From Malacoraja senta (taxonomy: Eukaryota), in the NCBI GenBank assembly GCA_038087875.1, contig CM075988.1, positions 20,212,001-20,276,000 of the forward strand: 64,000 bases of DNA, written 5' to 3'. Numbering within the stretch: the first letter of the stretch is position 1; every line of letters begins with the position of its first letter. Below are positions 1-11,160 of the stretch, piece after piece. The notes below the pieces were generated by a model. The model ran no database searches, was not told where the DNA came from, and saw only the letters and a program-made list of their open reading frames with translations. The position numbers and the translations under genes are program-made.

Positions 1-780
1 GTTCTCAATGATGAGATGGAGTATAGGAAGGAATAGAGAACTAATTAACATGGTGTCAGTAATCTCTCCTTCAATGTAAGCAAGATGAAGGAGCTAGTTA
101 TCGACTTCAGGAAGCATAGTGGAACACATTCCCAAGATAAACTGTCGTGGACCAACCGCATTGATGTGACAGTTAAGAAGGCACACCAACACCTCTACTT
201 CCTGAGGAGACTAATGAAATTTGACCGGTTTCTAATCACTCTTAGAACGTTCGCCAGATGCGCCACAGAAAGCATACTGTCGGGTTATATCTCAGCCTGG
301 TTTTGGATCAGCACAGCCCAAAACCGCTAGAAATTGAAGGTTTGTAAACGTAGCCCAGTCCATCACACAGACCAGATTTCCCGCCCTCGACTCCATCTAC
401 ACTTCATGCTGTCTCGGAAAAAGCAGCCAACATGATCAAAGACGTCTTCTCCCATCCACCAGATGGTAGAGAAGCCTGAGAGCACACACTACTGGACTCA
501 GGAATAGCTGCTTCCCCTCTTGTTACCAGGCTTTTGAACAGTCCTTCCATAAGCTAGGATACATTCCGATTCACTCGGACATTGGATTTTAGCTATGGAA
601 CTGATGCATTACAATGCTGAAAACTATATTCTGCACTCTGTATCTCCCCCTTTGCTCTATCAATTGTACTTGGGTTTGACTTGATTGTATTCATGCATGG
701 TGTATCTGATCTGTTTGAATAGCATGCAAAACAAAGCTTTTTATTGTATCTTGGCACATGTGACAATAATAAACCTAAAT
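1..780 (+). mobile_element. Rex1/Babar LINE 3' fragment
   Basis: ORF 85..330 has KELVIDFRK, KKAHQHLYFLRRL and ESILSGYISAWF. It is followed by a 3' tail ending catgtgacaataataaac. Confidence 0.8.
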
Positions 781-1196
781 GTCTGATGCCAGAAAAGAAA
801 TCGATAGAACAATAAACATAAAAGTGGATATAGACTTCTTTGCCAAATTGCTAAACACTGCAATTCGGCAAATAACACCATATTGATGATTTTCATCTTG
901 TAATACTTTTTATTTTCAAACTTGTCCAGACAAATATTTTGCCTGTAATGAGCTGTACTGGATGTCTGACAACATAGGCGTTGGATGGGAGATGGCTTGA
1001 AATATAGCTGGATGTTGCCAGTGCACTGACAGAGCTGATGCTGGGTTTTTGGATAATGCAGCTAAGGGAGATTTTGTAGGTAGAGCAATATGTTTCCAAG
1101 AACATGGAGGACTCTTGGAGGTAACAGTGTGGCAACATGGAGAAAAACTATTGCATGAGATAAGGAGTCTTCTCTGCTCAGTTACACCCTAGACGG

Positions 1197-1298
1197 ATCT
1201 CAGTCTGAAGAAGGGTTTCGGCCCGAAACGTTGCCTACTTCCTTCGCTCCATAGATGCTGCTGCACCCGCTGAGTTTCTCCAGCACTTTTGTCTACCT
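1197..1298 (+). mobile_element. Penelope-like terminal-repeat fragment with hammerhead motif
   Basis: Homologous to the sequence directly after the GIY-YIG ORF at 44980-45068. Confidence 0.75.
1205..1232 (+). ncRNA. Minimal type I hammerhead ribozyme motif (intact core)
   Basis: CTGAAGA-A-GGGT(TTCG)GCCC-GAAA-CGTT: CUGAnGA and GAAA boxes, stem II with a UUCG loop, and a palindromic ACGT stem III. Confidence 0.65.
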
Positions 1299-1710
1299 CC
1301 CATTTAGACTTTTAACTGTGCTTGTAAATGTCTGAGATAACGTCTAATGTAATTTTATCATGAATATTGTGTAGATAATTTGGGAAAATGTATTTACAGA
1401 TTCAGTTGGTTTCATTTGTTTCAATTAACTGTAGAGGAGGCTTCTATTCAATTGATCTGAATCTGTGAGAGTGGACAATCCAATTTCTTTAAAAATGCAC
1501 TTGGCTCAGATTGGACAACTGATTAAAGAAACATTTAGCTGTCAAATTGCTTGATTTAACAATCACTTATCTACCAAGTCCCAAAGTTGTATTCTCCAGC
1601 TGAAGGAAACTGACCCTCACCAGCCAATCCCCTTTTGAATTTTGTTTGCTTCAATGAGATCACAGTAATTTCTTTATTAAATATAAGACAGTCTTTTCTC
1701 AGAGGACACC

Positions 1711-3135
1711 ATCTGTAGAAGTTGGTAAGAGTCGTTGGAGATATGCTGAACCTCCTTTGTCTTCTGAGGAAGTAGAGGTGTTGATGTGCTTTTCTGGTTG
1801 TAGCTTCAATGTGGCTGATCCAGGACAGATTGTTGGTGATATTTATGCCAAGCAACTTGAAGCTCTCAGTCATTTCCACTTCGGCAACATCGATGTTGAT
1901 TGGGACGTATTCCATCATGCTTCCTGAAGTCATTAACTAGCTCCTTTGTCTTGCTGACATTGAGGGAAAGGTTGTTGCCTTGACACAATGTTATTAAACA
2001 CTCTTATCTTCTTCCTGTACTCTTGACTCATCATTGTTCAAGATCAGGCCCACTACATTGGTGTCGTCTGCAAACTTAAATAGAGTTAAAACAGAATCTG
2101 GCTGCACAGTCATGAGTGTATAGGGAATGTAGTATGGAGCTGAGAACGTATCCTCGCGGGGCACCGGTGTTGAGAATTATTGTGGTGGATGTATTGTCAC
2201 CTATCCTCACTGATATGGGTCTATGTATCAGAAAGTCGAGGATCCAGTGGCAGAGGGGGTTGACTACTGACTACTAGGTCCAGGAGTTTGGAGATGAGTT
2301 TGGAGGCGGTGCAGAAGGGAAACTCCCGCGAGGCGCCTCAGAGCCATGCAAGAGCAGACCTGGTGGCCAGCAGGAACAACCGGCGGACGGCTGAGAGAGC
2401 GGACGGGCTCACCGGCCACCAAGAACAAAGCCCCTTGCAGCCGGCCGAGAACGAGGACTGGCCCGATGGCCACCATAAACAAAGACTCAGTGGGTCGTTG
2501 CCTACAGGGGGAAGCTCGGATGCCCCGAAGACACGAGAGTCGAGGAGGGAGCAGTTGGTGACGACGGATGCGTGGAGTGGGCCGGGGTATTGTCTCCAGC
2601 GCCGTCAAGGTCGGCTGCAGGTACCCCTCGGGACACAGGCAGGACGAGGAACATAAGGTCATGGGCCTGCAACAGCCTAGGCTTGCTTGGACCGGGGGCG
2701 CTCCAGTATTTCCAACATGTGGACTGAACTTGGACTTTTTTTTGTATTGTAAACGGCGCCAAAATATGGCAACTCCATTTGTGGGTTGTGCAAAAGATGG
2801 AGCTATGGTCAATAAATAGGAGTCTAACGTAGGAGCCCTTGTTGTCCAGGTGTTCCAGAAATGAGTGTAGGTCCAGGGAGATGGCGATTGCTGTGGACCT
2901 GTTGCAACAGTAAACAAACTGCAGTGGATCAAGGTTGCCTGGCAGGCTGTGCGTCATCACCAGTCTTGGAAGCACTTCATGATGGTGGGTAACAGAGCCA
3001 CTGCAGTATCATTTAGGAGGCTGCCTTGCTTTTCTTTGATGGTGGTCTTCTTAAAGCAGGTGAGGACCTCAGAATGGAGCAGTGAGTGGGTAAAGATGTT
3101 TGTGAATATGCCTGCCAGCTGATCTGCGCAGATGC
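1711..3135 (-). mobile_element. Rex1/Babar LINE RT fragment, interrupted by an insertion at about 2304-2795
   Basis: [14 protein letters not shown]...[17 protein letters not shown] (2502..2975) and ESFKLLGINITNNLSW..KAHQHLYFLRR (1571..1933). Confidence 0.8.
2304..2795 (+). mobile_element. GC-rich non-autonomous element inserted into Rex1
   Basis: It splits the Rex1 coding sequence (gagtttgga|...|gatggagctatggt). It ends with the ggcgccaaaatatggcaactc core shared with the copies near 20960, 35370 and 59200. Confidence 0.55.
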
Positions 3136-3968
3136 TGAGAATGCGGCCATGGACTCCAGTTACTATCTGGATTCATTCTCAGGAAGGCCACTTACCACGC
3201 TTACATCTGCTACAGTAACCGAGGGTACAGGGGCACCCGAGGCTGACAGGGTGCACCCGAGACTTCGCAATACGAAAAAATTTAACCACATAGCGCTGCA
3301 AATATGCCAATTTAGTTAGTATGTCATAGTTGTATTAAAATATACCAGTATTTATAAGGACACCAAAATGTTCAACAGCAGTGAGAAAATTGCAGTATTG
3401 CTTGTAACATGAACAAGGAAACCAACCACAAATCAACCCTGCGGTACTTCTGGTCTGCCTCATTAAACGTTCAGGGTGGTGTCCTGGAGGGATCCGTGCC
3501 AATCACTTTTCTCTGTCCAGAAAGATTCAGTGGCACGCAAGCAGGCTGTGGTGCCTGGAGAAGGAACGGGGTGAGAGAGAGATGTTTTTGATGGAACTGA
3601 AGGAGAAGATGTGTTTTTAATTATTTTAGGCGACTTCTTTACTGAACCAGATGCTATTCAACTGTAATTATGAATACGTGAAGAGAAGTGCTGTTGGTTG
3701 AAGCTCTATTTGCTACCACTGGCAGAGCTTTCTGCTGCCTCACAATGCACTGCTTCCTCTTTGATTGCCCCGTGGTGTTATAAAGCTGAAATACCCTTGT
3801 TCGACATGAACCTGCTTCCCACCACAATTTTATTACAAGAGGAAAGACAAGTAGTGACAACCGGGGACATTTTTTACTGACATTGGTTTAGGGGGGAGAT
3901 TCCTGCAGCATTTTCTCTCTCATTTTCTTTCACTTCTTGTAAGTACATTGTTTGCTTCTGTGTGACTA

Positions 3969-6043
3969 AAGCGAGGTCTTGTCTATGCTGGCAAGGCCTT
4001 TGATGGTTTTTTCCCTCAGTTGGTCACACTGGTCTGAGTCTTTGAGGCTTGCATTGTACCACCGTCCTAAACTCTTGACTGGCAGCTCTGACACCATCAG
4101 AATGGGTGTTTCATCAATGTGGAATCGCTTCTCTACGATTTTTCCTCTGATGATGGATATGCTCCTGGATTTGCTGGGTTTCAACTTCATCCGGGCCCAT
4201 GTTATGTTCGCATGAAGCTTTTCCAGCAGGCATTTGGTACATGCAATGGTTGAGGTCAGGGTGGTCATGTCGTCCATGTAGGCGCGAATGGGAGGTAGCC
4301 GCTGCCCAGACTGCAGCCGCTCTCCTCCTACGACCCACTTGGAAGCCAGGATGATCACTTCCATCGCCATGGTGAAGGCTAGCGGGGAGATGGTGCAACC
4401 TGCCATTATTCCCACTTCCAGTGATTGCAATGATGTTGTGTATTCTGTTGTTGTAATACAGAATTGCAAGTCTTGGAAGTAGTTTCTGACCAGGTTTGTA
4501 ATGGTCTTTGGCACATGGAAGAACTCGAAGGCTGTCCAGAGGAGAGAATGGGGAACAGATCCAATAGCATTGGCTAGGTCCAGGAATAAGACGTGCAGAT
4601 CTCTTCCTTCCCTTTTTGCAGACTGGATTTGATGCCATATCATGCTTGTGTGCTCTAAGCATCTAGAGAAGCCTGGTATACCAGCTTTCTGTACCGACTT
4701 ATCAATCAGGTTGTTCTGTTTCAGGTAGGTTATCATATCTTTGAGCAACAATGCTAAAGAAGATCTTCCCTTCAACATTCAAGAGATTGATTTGCTGGAA
4801 TTGGTCGATGTTTGAGGCATCTTTTTCCTTGGGGATCACCACTCCCCCTGCTCTTCGCCATGCTTTTGTGATGGTTTGCTTTCTCCATGCTATCTTCATT
4901 TGCCTCCATAAGAACCGTAGAACATTTGGAGCATGTTTGTACAGCCGGTATGGAACTCCGTTTGCTCCTGGAGCTGAAGCTGCCCTTGCCTTCCTTACGG
5001 CTTTCTCGACTTTGCTCCATCTTGGGAGGCTGTTGTCCAACTGGTGTTCTGGTTGAGGAATGGGTGGCATGTCTGGAGGTACCCCCCCTCTGCTCAAATC
5101 TTTGGTTGTCTGTGTACGTTGATTTCAGGTGGTCCTCCAATTCCCTCTTTGACACCTTAAGTGACCCGCTCTTTTCCTTTGTGAAGAGTCCTTTCACAAA
5201 TCTGAAGGGATCCTTGTAGAAGGATTTTCTTGCCTTCTCCATCTTGCGTCGAGTTCTGAGGGTTTCTGCTCTCCGCAGTCTTCCCAGGGGTCCCTTTAGA
5301 TCTGCTTGCAGGAGGTTGATGCCCACTCTTTCCTCCAGTGAGGATTTCCTCCACCGTTTCCTCAGGTCCCTTCTCTCTGATTAGGCGCTCGATTTCTCGC
5401 TGCCTTCTGAGCTTGGGAGGGGTTGTTGTTTCCTTCTTTTTCGTTCCGAAATTTTCTGCCCCGTAGGAGTAGATCAGATCTCTCATTTTCTCCAGTTTCT
5501 TCTCCATTGTTCCTTGAAGTCCGTCTAGGATCTTACTCAGGTCTGCGTCGATTGTTGCCCACTCTTTCTTGCTGCTGGACTTTGGCCACTTCACATGATG
5601 CCTTGCATCTTCTCCAAAGCAGGCTGCGTCTGGCTGGTTTCCGGGTTCTCAGATGTTATGCTTGAATTACTCTCCTTAGCCACTGGGGTATTGATGCTCG
5701 TTGGACTGTAGGTTGTATCCTGCCGCTGAGCTTCACTCGACTGATTTGATCTTTCTTTCAGGAAATACTGATCAATGCGAGGTCCCGGCCTCACCTCCTT
5801 CAAGCACTTCATCCACCCTTGATGTATTTTTAGGCATCTGATGGATGTTACCTTGGACCAGCCGCAGCTACACACTCGGAGTTCTTGTCCTGCAGCTGAT
5901 GTTGTACGTGCCATGCCGATTATTTTCTTCATCGTCGTGTTCATGCCAGGGTCGGTTACCGGGTTATCATCCGATGAGTCATCTTCCACCCCCGCTCTCG
6001 CAGACTCAGGGGGTGTTTTCCTCTTTGAATTTTTCGTAGCTAT
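3969..6043 (-). pseudogene. HERO ORF N-terminal part: zinc finger plus reverse transcriptase, frameshifted and truncated after ...ASIDKTSL
   Basis: Overlapping frame pieces 5591..5989, 5157..5594, 4772..5326, 4702..5097 and 3966..4778 join into one RT polyprotein (ASAPGANGVPYRLYK, WRRAGGVVIPKEK, INLLNVEGKIFFS). Confidence 0.88.
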
Positions 6044-6437
6044 GAGGGGTGACTCCTATTCACAATTCACAGTGACGGAGCCTGCCGTCATGGGTAGCTG
6101 GTCCATGACAGCCCCGTTGGGGTCTTTTCCTCCTGTCAGCTGTCTTTCCACGCCGTCACATGGTCTTTCCCTAGTTGTTAGCTGCACTTTCACAGCAGTC
6201 ACTGGATTTCTCCAGCTTATCAGTTGAGCTTATAGGACTTGATATTACAATCCCTACTATAATTGGCACATTGTTACTATCTTGAGTGGGGGTAGGGGTA
6301 AAAACTTTATTGGGGTCATCAGATGGGCACCCTCCTTCCTTGGTGTTTCTTTGATAGGCCCACGACACTTCCAGAGGGCTCAAAAGCAACACCTGGCATC
6401 CCAGGTGCGCTCCCCTCCGTTTTACCCCTCTTGCTGG

Positions 6438-7553
6438 TCATTTTGCAGCCCAGTTGGAGTCCTTCCTCTTAAGCCACAGCCAGTTGCCGCTTCGCTCGGC
6501 AGCAACTGACAGCGACTTGACGGCTTGCCGGAAGGCCTGTCCTTGAACTCCCATTCCCTTCAGGAGTCTGGTTGTGGACATGGCTACAAACCCTCTACAA
6601 CCAACCTCTACAGGGAGCACCTGGGTACGCCAGCCGCATTGTTCTGCCTCGGCTGCTAAGTCTGAATACTTCAGAGATTTGCGTTCATGTGCTTCACCAA
6701 CTGCAGCCTCCCAAGGCACAGTTAACTCCACGATGTACAGGGACTTCTGTGAGGTTGACCACAAGATCAGGTCCGGCCTGAGATTAGTTGTGATGATCTC
6801 TGGTGGAAAGATAAGCTTCTGGTCTAGATCAGCCTGCATTTTCCAGTCCCGGGCAGTGTCCAGGAGGGTCGGTTCCTTTCTTGCAAGTAGCTTCTCTGGA
6901 AGTTGTCCTGCCTTTACAAAAGAGCTGGTGTTCGAGAAAACAGGCGTTGGGGGAGGGAGGGCTTTGGTGGTAGTTCCCCTTCCTTCCAAGATAATCGGCA
7001 GTTGTCGCAGGACCTGATTGTGCCTCCAGGTGTAGCGGGAAGAACATCGTCGGTGGCTCTGATGATGAAGCTAAGACGGCCTCCTTCCATCTCTCACAGA
7101 TCCTTCCAGGTAAGCTTACGATGCTCCATGTTTTCCCAGGTAGTCCACTGGCCCTGTTTGGACTGTGAGACTGCCTTTGCACATCTCTCTGCCTCCTCTT
7201 GCTGACAGACCTCAGCAACTACCAGCTTTCTTCTCTGGGTGGATGTTGCCTTGTGCCATGTGGGTCGACTTGTCCCGAGTCCAATCCCACCTCTTCTCTG
7301 CTGCACCTGTCCTACAATGTCTCCATGCCTGAGAGCAAATTTTGCTTGCTGTACAGCCTCCGATGGGATCCACTTCCTCCCAGTTGCCAGTATGGGAGCA
7401 GCCGCTCGTACCGCATCATCTTGAGACTCGGTCAGGGTCATGTCCAGCCTCACTTTGGTGCATTTGTGTTCTTCTGTGAGGCTAGAGACAGGCAGTTCCA
7501 GAGCGCTGTGTCCAAACAAGCCGATATTGCTGAGGCAACGCGGGAGGCCAAGC
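6438..7553 (-). pseudogene. HERO ORF C-terminal part: post-RT region plus PD-(D/E)xK restriction-like endonuclease; CCHC knuckle deleted
   Basis: ORFs 7094..7555 (LGLPRCLS...TGRKW...QGQWTTWE) and 6438..6989 (RPD..VELTVPWE..VEVGCRGF..WLWLKR), with an in-frame stop and a deletion between them. Confidence 0.88.
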
Positions 7554-7778
7554 AAACTCAGCTTTAAGTACTAATAACAACCGTGTTATGCAGTTTGAAT
7601 TCATAAATTGTGAATTCAATCAATGGTCTTGTTGATTTTTCTGCACTACGTTCCCACCTTGCTGTGTTGCGTATGCTTTAAAAAAAAAATCAAATGTTAA
7701 TATTATGAAGTTCAGTTTTGCATGGACAGAAAATGATTAAATTATCTGAAATGGAGGAAAGATTTTCTCTCATTCTGA

Positions 7779-7795
7779 CACCAGCAGATGGCGTA
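7779..7795 (+). promoter_or_regulatory. Candidate CTCF site
   Basis: CACCAGCAGATGGCGTA matches the CCASYAGRKGGCR consensus and lies in non-repeat sequence. Motif match only. Confidence 0.4.
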
Positions 7796-8159
7796 GTCAC
7801 ACCACTGGAGAAACACAAGATCTTGATCTCTCTCTAAACTTGTGGAAAAAATTATATTGAGCAATTTTTCAGCCATGCAAACTGTGAGATTAAACATACC
7901 ATCCACGATAAGACATTAGTTTGCTTCATAATTCTTGTAATTTTATTGAAGATTAAAATTAAAAAGTTTCAATTTTACATAGGATTTACGTGTAATGTAA
8001 TGTACAGCTATAATATTGCACCATTTTATGTGTCTGTTAATAGGCTACCTGTAAAAAGGGCAGTTTTAATAGTTGATGCAATTTTTCCTGAATTCTAATG
8101 AATGGATAACGTATGGTGCTCTTCTAATTTTTCACTTGTTAAATTGATTATCATCAAAA

Positions 8160-8675
8160 TTTGAGGAAGGACATTCTTGCTATTGAGGGAGTGCAGCGTG
8201 GCTTCATGAGGTTAATTTCCGGGATGGCGGGACTGTCATATAATGAAAGAATGGAGCGACTGGGCTTGTATTCACTGGAATTTAGAAGGATGAGAAGGGA
8301 TCAAATAGAAACATATAAGGGATTGGACATGCTAGATGCAACATGTTCCTGATGTTGGGGGAGTCCAGAACTAGGGGCCACAGTTTCCGAATAAGGGGTG
8401 GGCTATTTAGAACTGAGATGAGGAAAAACCTTTTCACACAGATTGTGAATTTGTGGAATTCTCTGCCAAAGAAGGCAGTGGATGCCGATTCACTGGATGC
8501 ATTCAAAAGAGAGTTAGATAGAGCTCTTGGGGCTAGCGGAATCATGGGATATGGGGAGAAGGCAGGAACGGGGTACTGATTGTGGATGATCAGCCATGAT
8601 CACATTGAATGGCGGCCCTGGCTTGACAGGCCGAATGGCCTACTCCTGCACCTATTGTCTATGTATCTATGTATC
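8160..8675 (+). mobile_element. CR1 LINE 3' end (relatively young)
   Basis: RKDILAIEGVQRGFMRLISGMAGLSYNERMERLGLYSLEFRRMR and SRTRGHS..NLWNSLP, with a (CTATGTAT)-like tail. Confidence 0.85.
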
Positions 8676-10589
8676 ATAAACAGGCAATTTTATTATTAGT
8701 ATCAGTATTGGTTTAATATTGTCATGTATATCGAGATACGGAGAAACACTTTGTTTTTGCATACTTCCCTGGCAAATGGGTACAACAGGTGGTGCAAAAG
8801 GGAAAATAAACAGAATACAGAACAGCGTGTTACAGCTACAGATAACGTGCAGATAAATATGAACAAAATTTGCTCTCATGATATTGAAAATGTTTTATCT
8901 AGATCTAGAGCATCAAATGATTAGATCTAGATCTAGAAAGGATGTAAACTTACAAGATCTTCACAATGCAGGGTCGAAGTCTGCTCTGTTGTCTATACAA
9001 GCATGTGATGTGGTAATGCATGTACTTCTGAAATTCAAGAACTAAACTTCAGAACATCATGTGCAGGAATTTGGTGCATAGAATTTAGGATGAACTTCAC
9101 CTCAGGATATTTACTTATTGCATGCCTAAATCAAGTCGTCATCCTGAAATAAATCTTGCTTCTGGTTAGATGGTAGAGTTGCAAAGTTTATGGTTTTACA
9201 TGCAAGACTGAAAGAAAAATGTGATTAATCCATCTAGTATATTAAGGCATGTTTCACTGAGAACAACACATGTTGGTCATGGTGTTAGTCAAATCTCCTT
9301 AATTGAAAAGTAAGGCTGTTTTGATTTATAGTTGTGAGGCAAGATGAACTCTGGGATTGGATATTATTGCAATCTGGAGTCTGCAATTGGCAACATGATC
9401 TGGCATGTATAATATTAGCTCAGTCAACTGAATATATACTGGCCTCAAGTTTTAGCTGACATGAAGTCATCAGTTAATACAGCACAGTCATGTTCCTTCA
9501 TATCGGGCATGCTTTTTTCAACAGATAATTCGCGCCACTGTCGGTTATTTCCCAGGGAGAGTTACTGCGGGAACATTTCTGCCATGAGGCCGTTTCTATT
9601 AATCTTGTGTGTATTTTTAGTCTTGTTGCTGCTCAAGTAATCTGTTGACCGAAAATGGTATTGTTCTGTGAAAGAGGCACTTGATGTCACTTGTTGTACG
9701 GTGGAAGCACCCTGGCCAGCGGGGCAATATAAGCAACTTTCAGCGTTTGAATACTTTGCATTTCTTTCAGCATAAAAAAAGTTTTTGGTTCAAGGCCAAG
9801 GGTTTTATTCAGCTGTGATTTACTTTCTCCTCTTTAAAGCTGACTTCTTACTTACTGGAAGTGCACTGTTTTGCTTTAGTTTGCATGTGCCTTGACCACT
9901 ACAAGGTCAACCCAGTCTGCAACTAAACGTCATGGTTACGAAGCAACATTTCGGCATTGCTAGCCTCTTAAGGAATGGAAAATAGTTTATTTCACGATTA
10001 TCATTTTTATTTGACATTTGGCAAGGATGGTAGTTAAAGAAAACTCTTACCTCCAATCCAATTTCAGGCAGATGAAGTTACGTTAGCCTCCCTTATATCC
10101 ATTTGACTGGCACAAAAGAAGCATTTAGATTTGGATGACGTGCTTCCTAAGTAGCATTATACTGTGTTTTAGTTTTGACAAGAGCCTTGTTATTTTTATA
10201 AGGTCGTTAAGAGTTCATAGCAACGTGATACTCTTAAAGTGAAGTTCATCTGAAATTGATGCCACGTTAATTCACCTGAAGTTTGAGATGAATCCCATCT
10301 CCTGCTGAGCAGTGGCAGTGAACTCCGCAGACTGTTTTACAAGCAAGAATAACCTGAATAGTTTGACAAAACATGCTTATGAAAATATCAGACTCATCTA
10401 TGTGTCTATATGTCAGATGCTTTGTCTTCTATAATCTTCAAAATACTTCAAAAGTCGTCATATAAATTGGAAGAAAAGCAACAGTATTCAGAAACTATGG
10501 AAATAATGGAAGTTCATTTTGTAAAGTCCCACTTACTTTCCACAAACAAAATGCAGCATGTGAACTGTATTGAAAACTTTGGAGACACA

Positions 10590-11160
10590 GGTATGCAGAT
10601 GACACCACCGTAGTGGAGCGGATAGCGAATAATGGCAAGACTGAGTACAAAAGGAGATTGAGAACCTTGTAACGGTGCCAAGACAACAACCTCTCCCTTA
10701 ATGTGAGCAAGACAAAGGAGATAGTGATTGATTTCACGAAGCGAAACAGTACACACACACCACAGATTCTACATTGATGGTGCTGAAGTGGAGATAGCTG
10801 AAAGCTTCAATTCAAAGCTGAATAAACATCAGCAATTTTTCCTGGACCAGCCATATCAAAGGTATGGCCAAGAAAGCACACCAACGCCAACGCATCTACT
10901 TCCTTAGAAGGCTTAGGAAGTTTGGCATGTCTCCAACTCTCACCAACATCTACAGATGCACTGGAGTAAGCATCTTATCTTGTCTGGTTTGGGAACAGCT
11001 CCATCCATGACCGCAAGAAATTGTAGAGAGTTGTGCACGCAGCCCAGACCATCACATAAACCATCTCCCTTCCATTGACTTGATCCGCACTTCACGTTTC
11101 TTCAGCAAGGCCGCCAGCATAAGAACCAGTCTCACCCTGGTCACTCCCTCTTCTCCCCTA
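10590..11160 (+). mobile_element. Rex1/Babar LINE fragment
   Basis: gcagatgacaccaccgt (ADDTT), aacctctcccttaatgtgagcaagacaaaggag (NLSLNVSKTKE) and ctacttccttagaaggct (YFLRRL). Confidence 0.75.

Larger units (their letters stand above)
3969..7553 (-). mobile_element. HERO-type (RT + restriction-like endonuclease) non-LTR retrotransposon, circularly permuted and degenerate
   Basis: RT motifs LFLDLANAIGSVPH, GIMAGCTISPLAF and AYMDDMT (3966..4778). RLE motifs RYTWRHNQVL, LRPDLILWS, IVELTVPWE and AHERKSLKY (6438..7040). N-terminal CxC...H..C zinc-finger-like motif (5591..5989). AAGC at both ends. Confidence 0.9.

Noticed and set aside
6312-6362. CTGATGA and GAAAC boxes in the HERO 3'UTR (- strand) suggesting a type II hammerhead
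   Set aside because: There is no UH triplet after the CACC/GGTG stem, no room for stem I, and no stem II pairing next to the boxes.
3979-7567. Numerous + strand ORFs over the HERO element
   Set aside because: They are antisense shadows of a coding sequence with no recognisable domains.
8898-8937. Clustered TCTAGA/AGATCT palindromes
   Set aside because: Short low-complexity (TCTAGA)n repeat with no supporting context.
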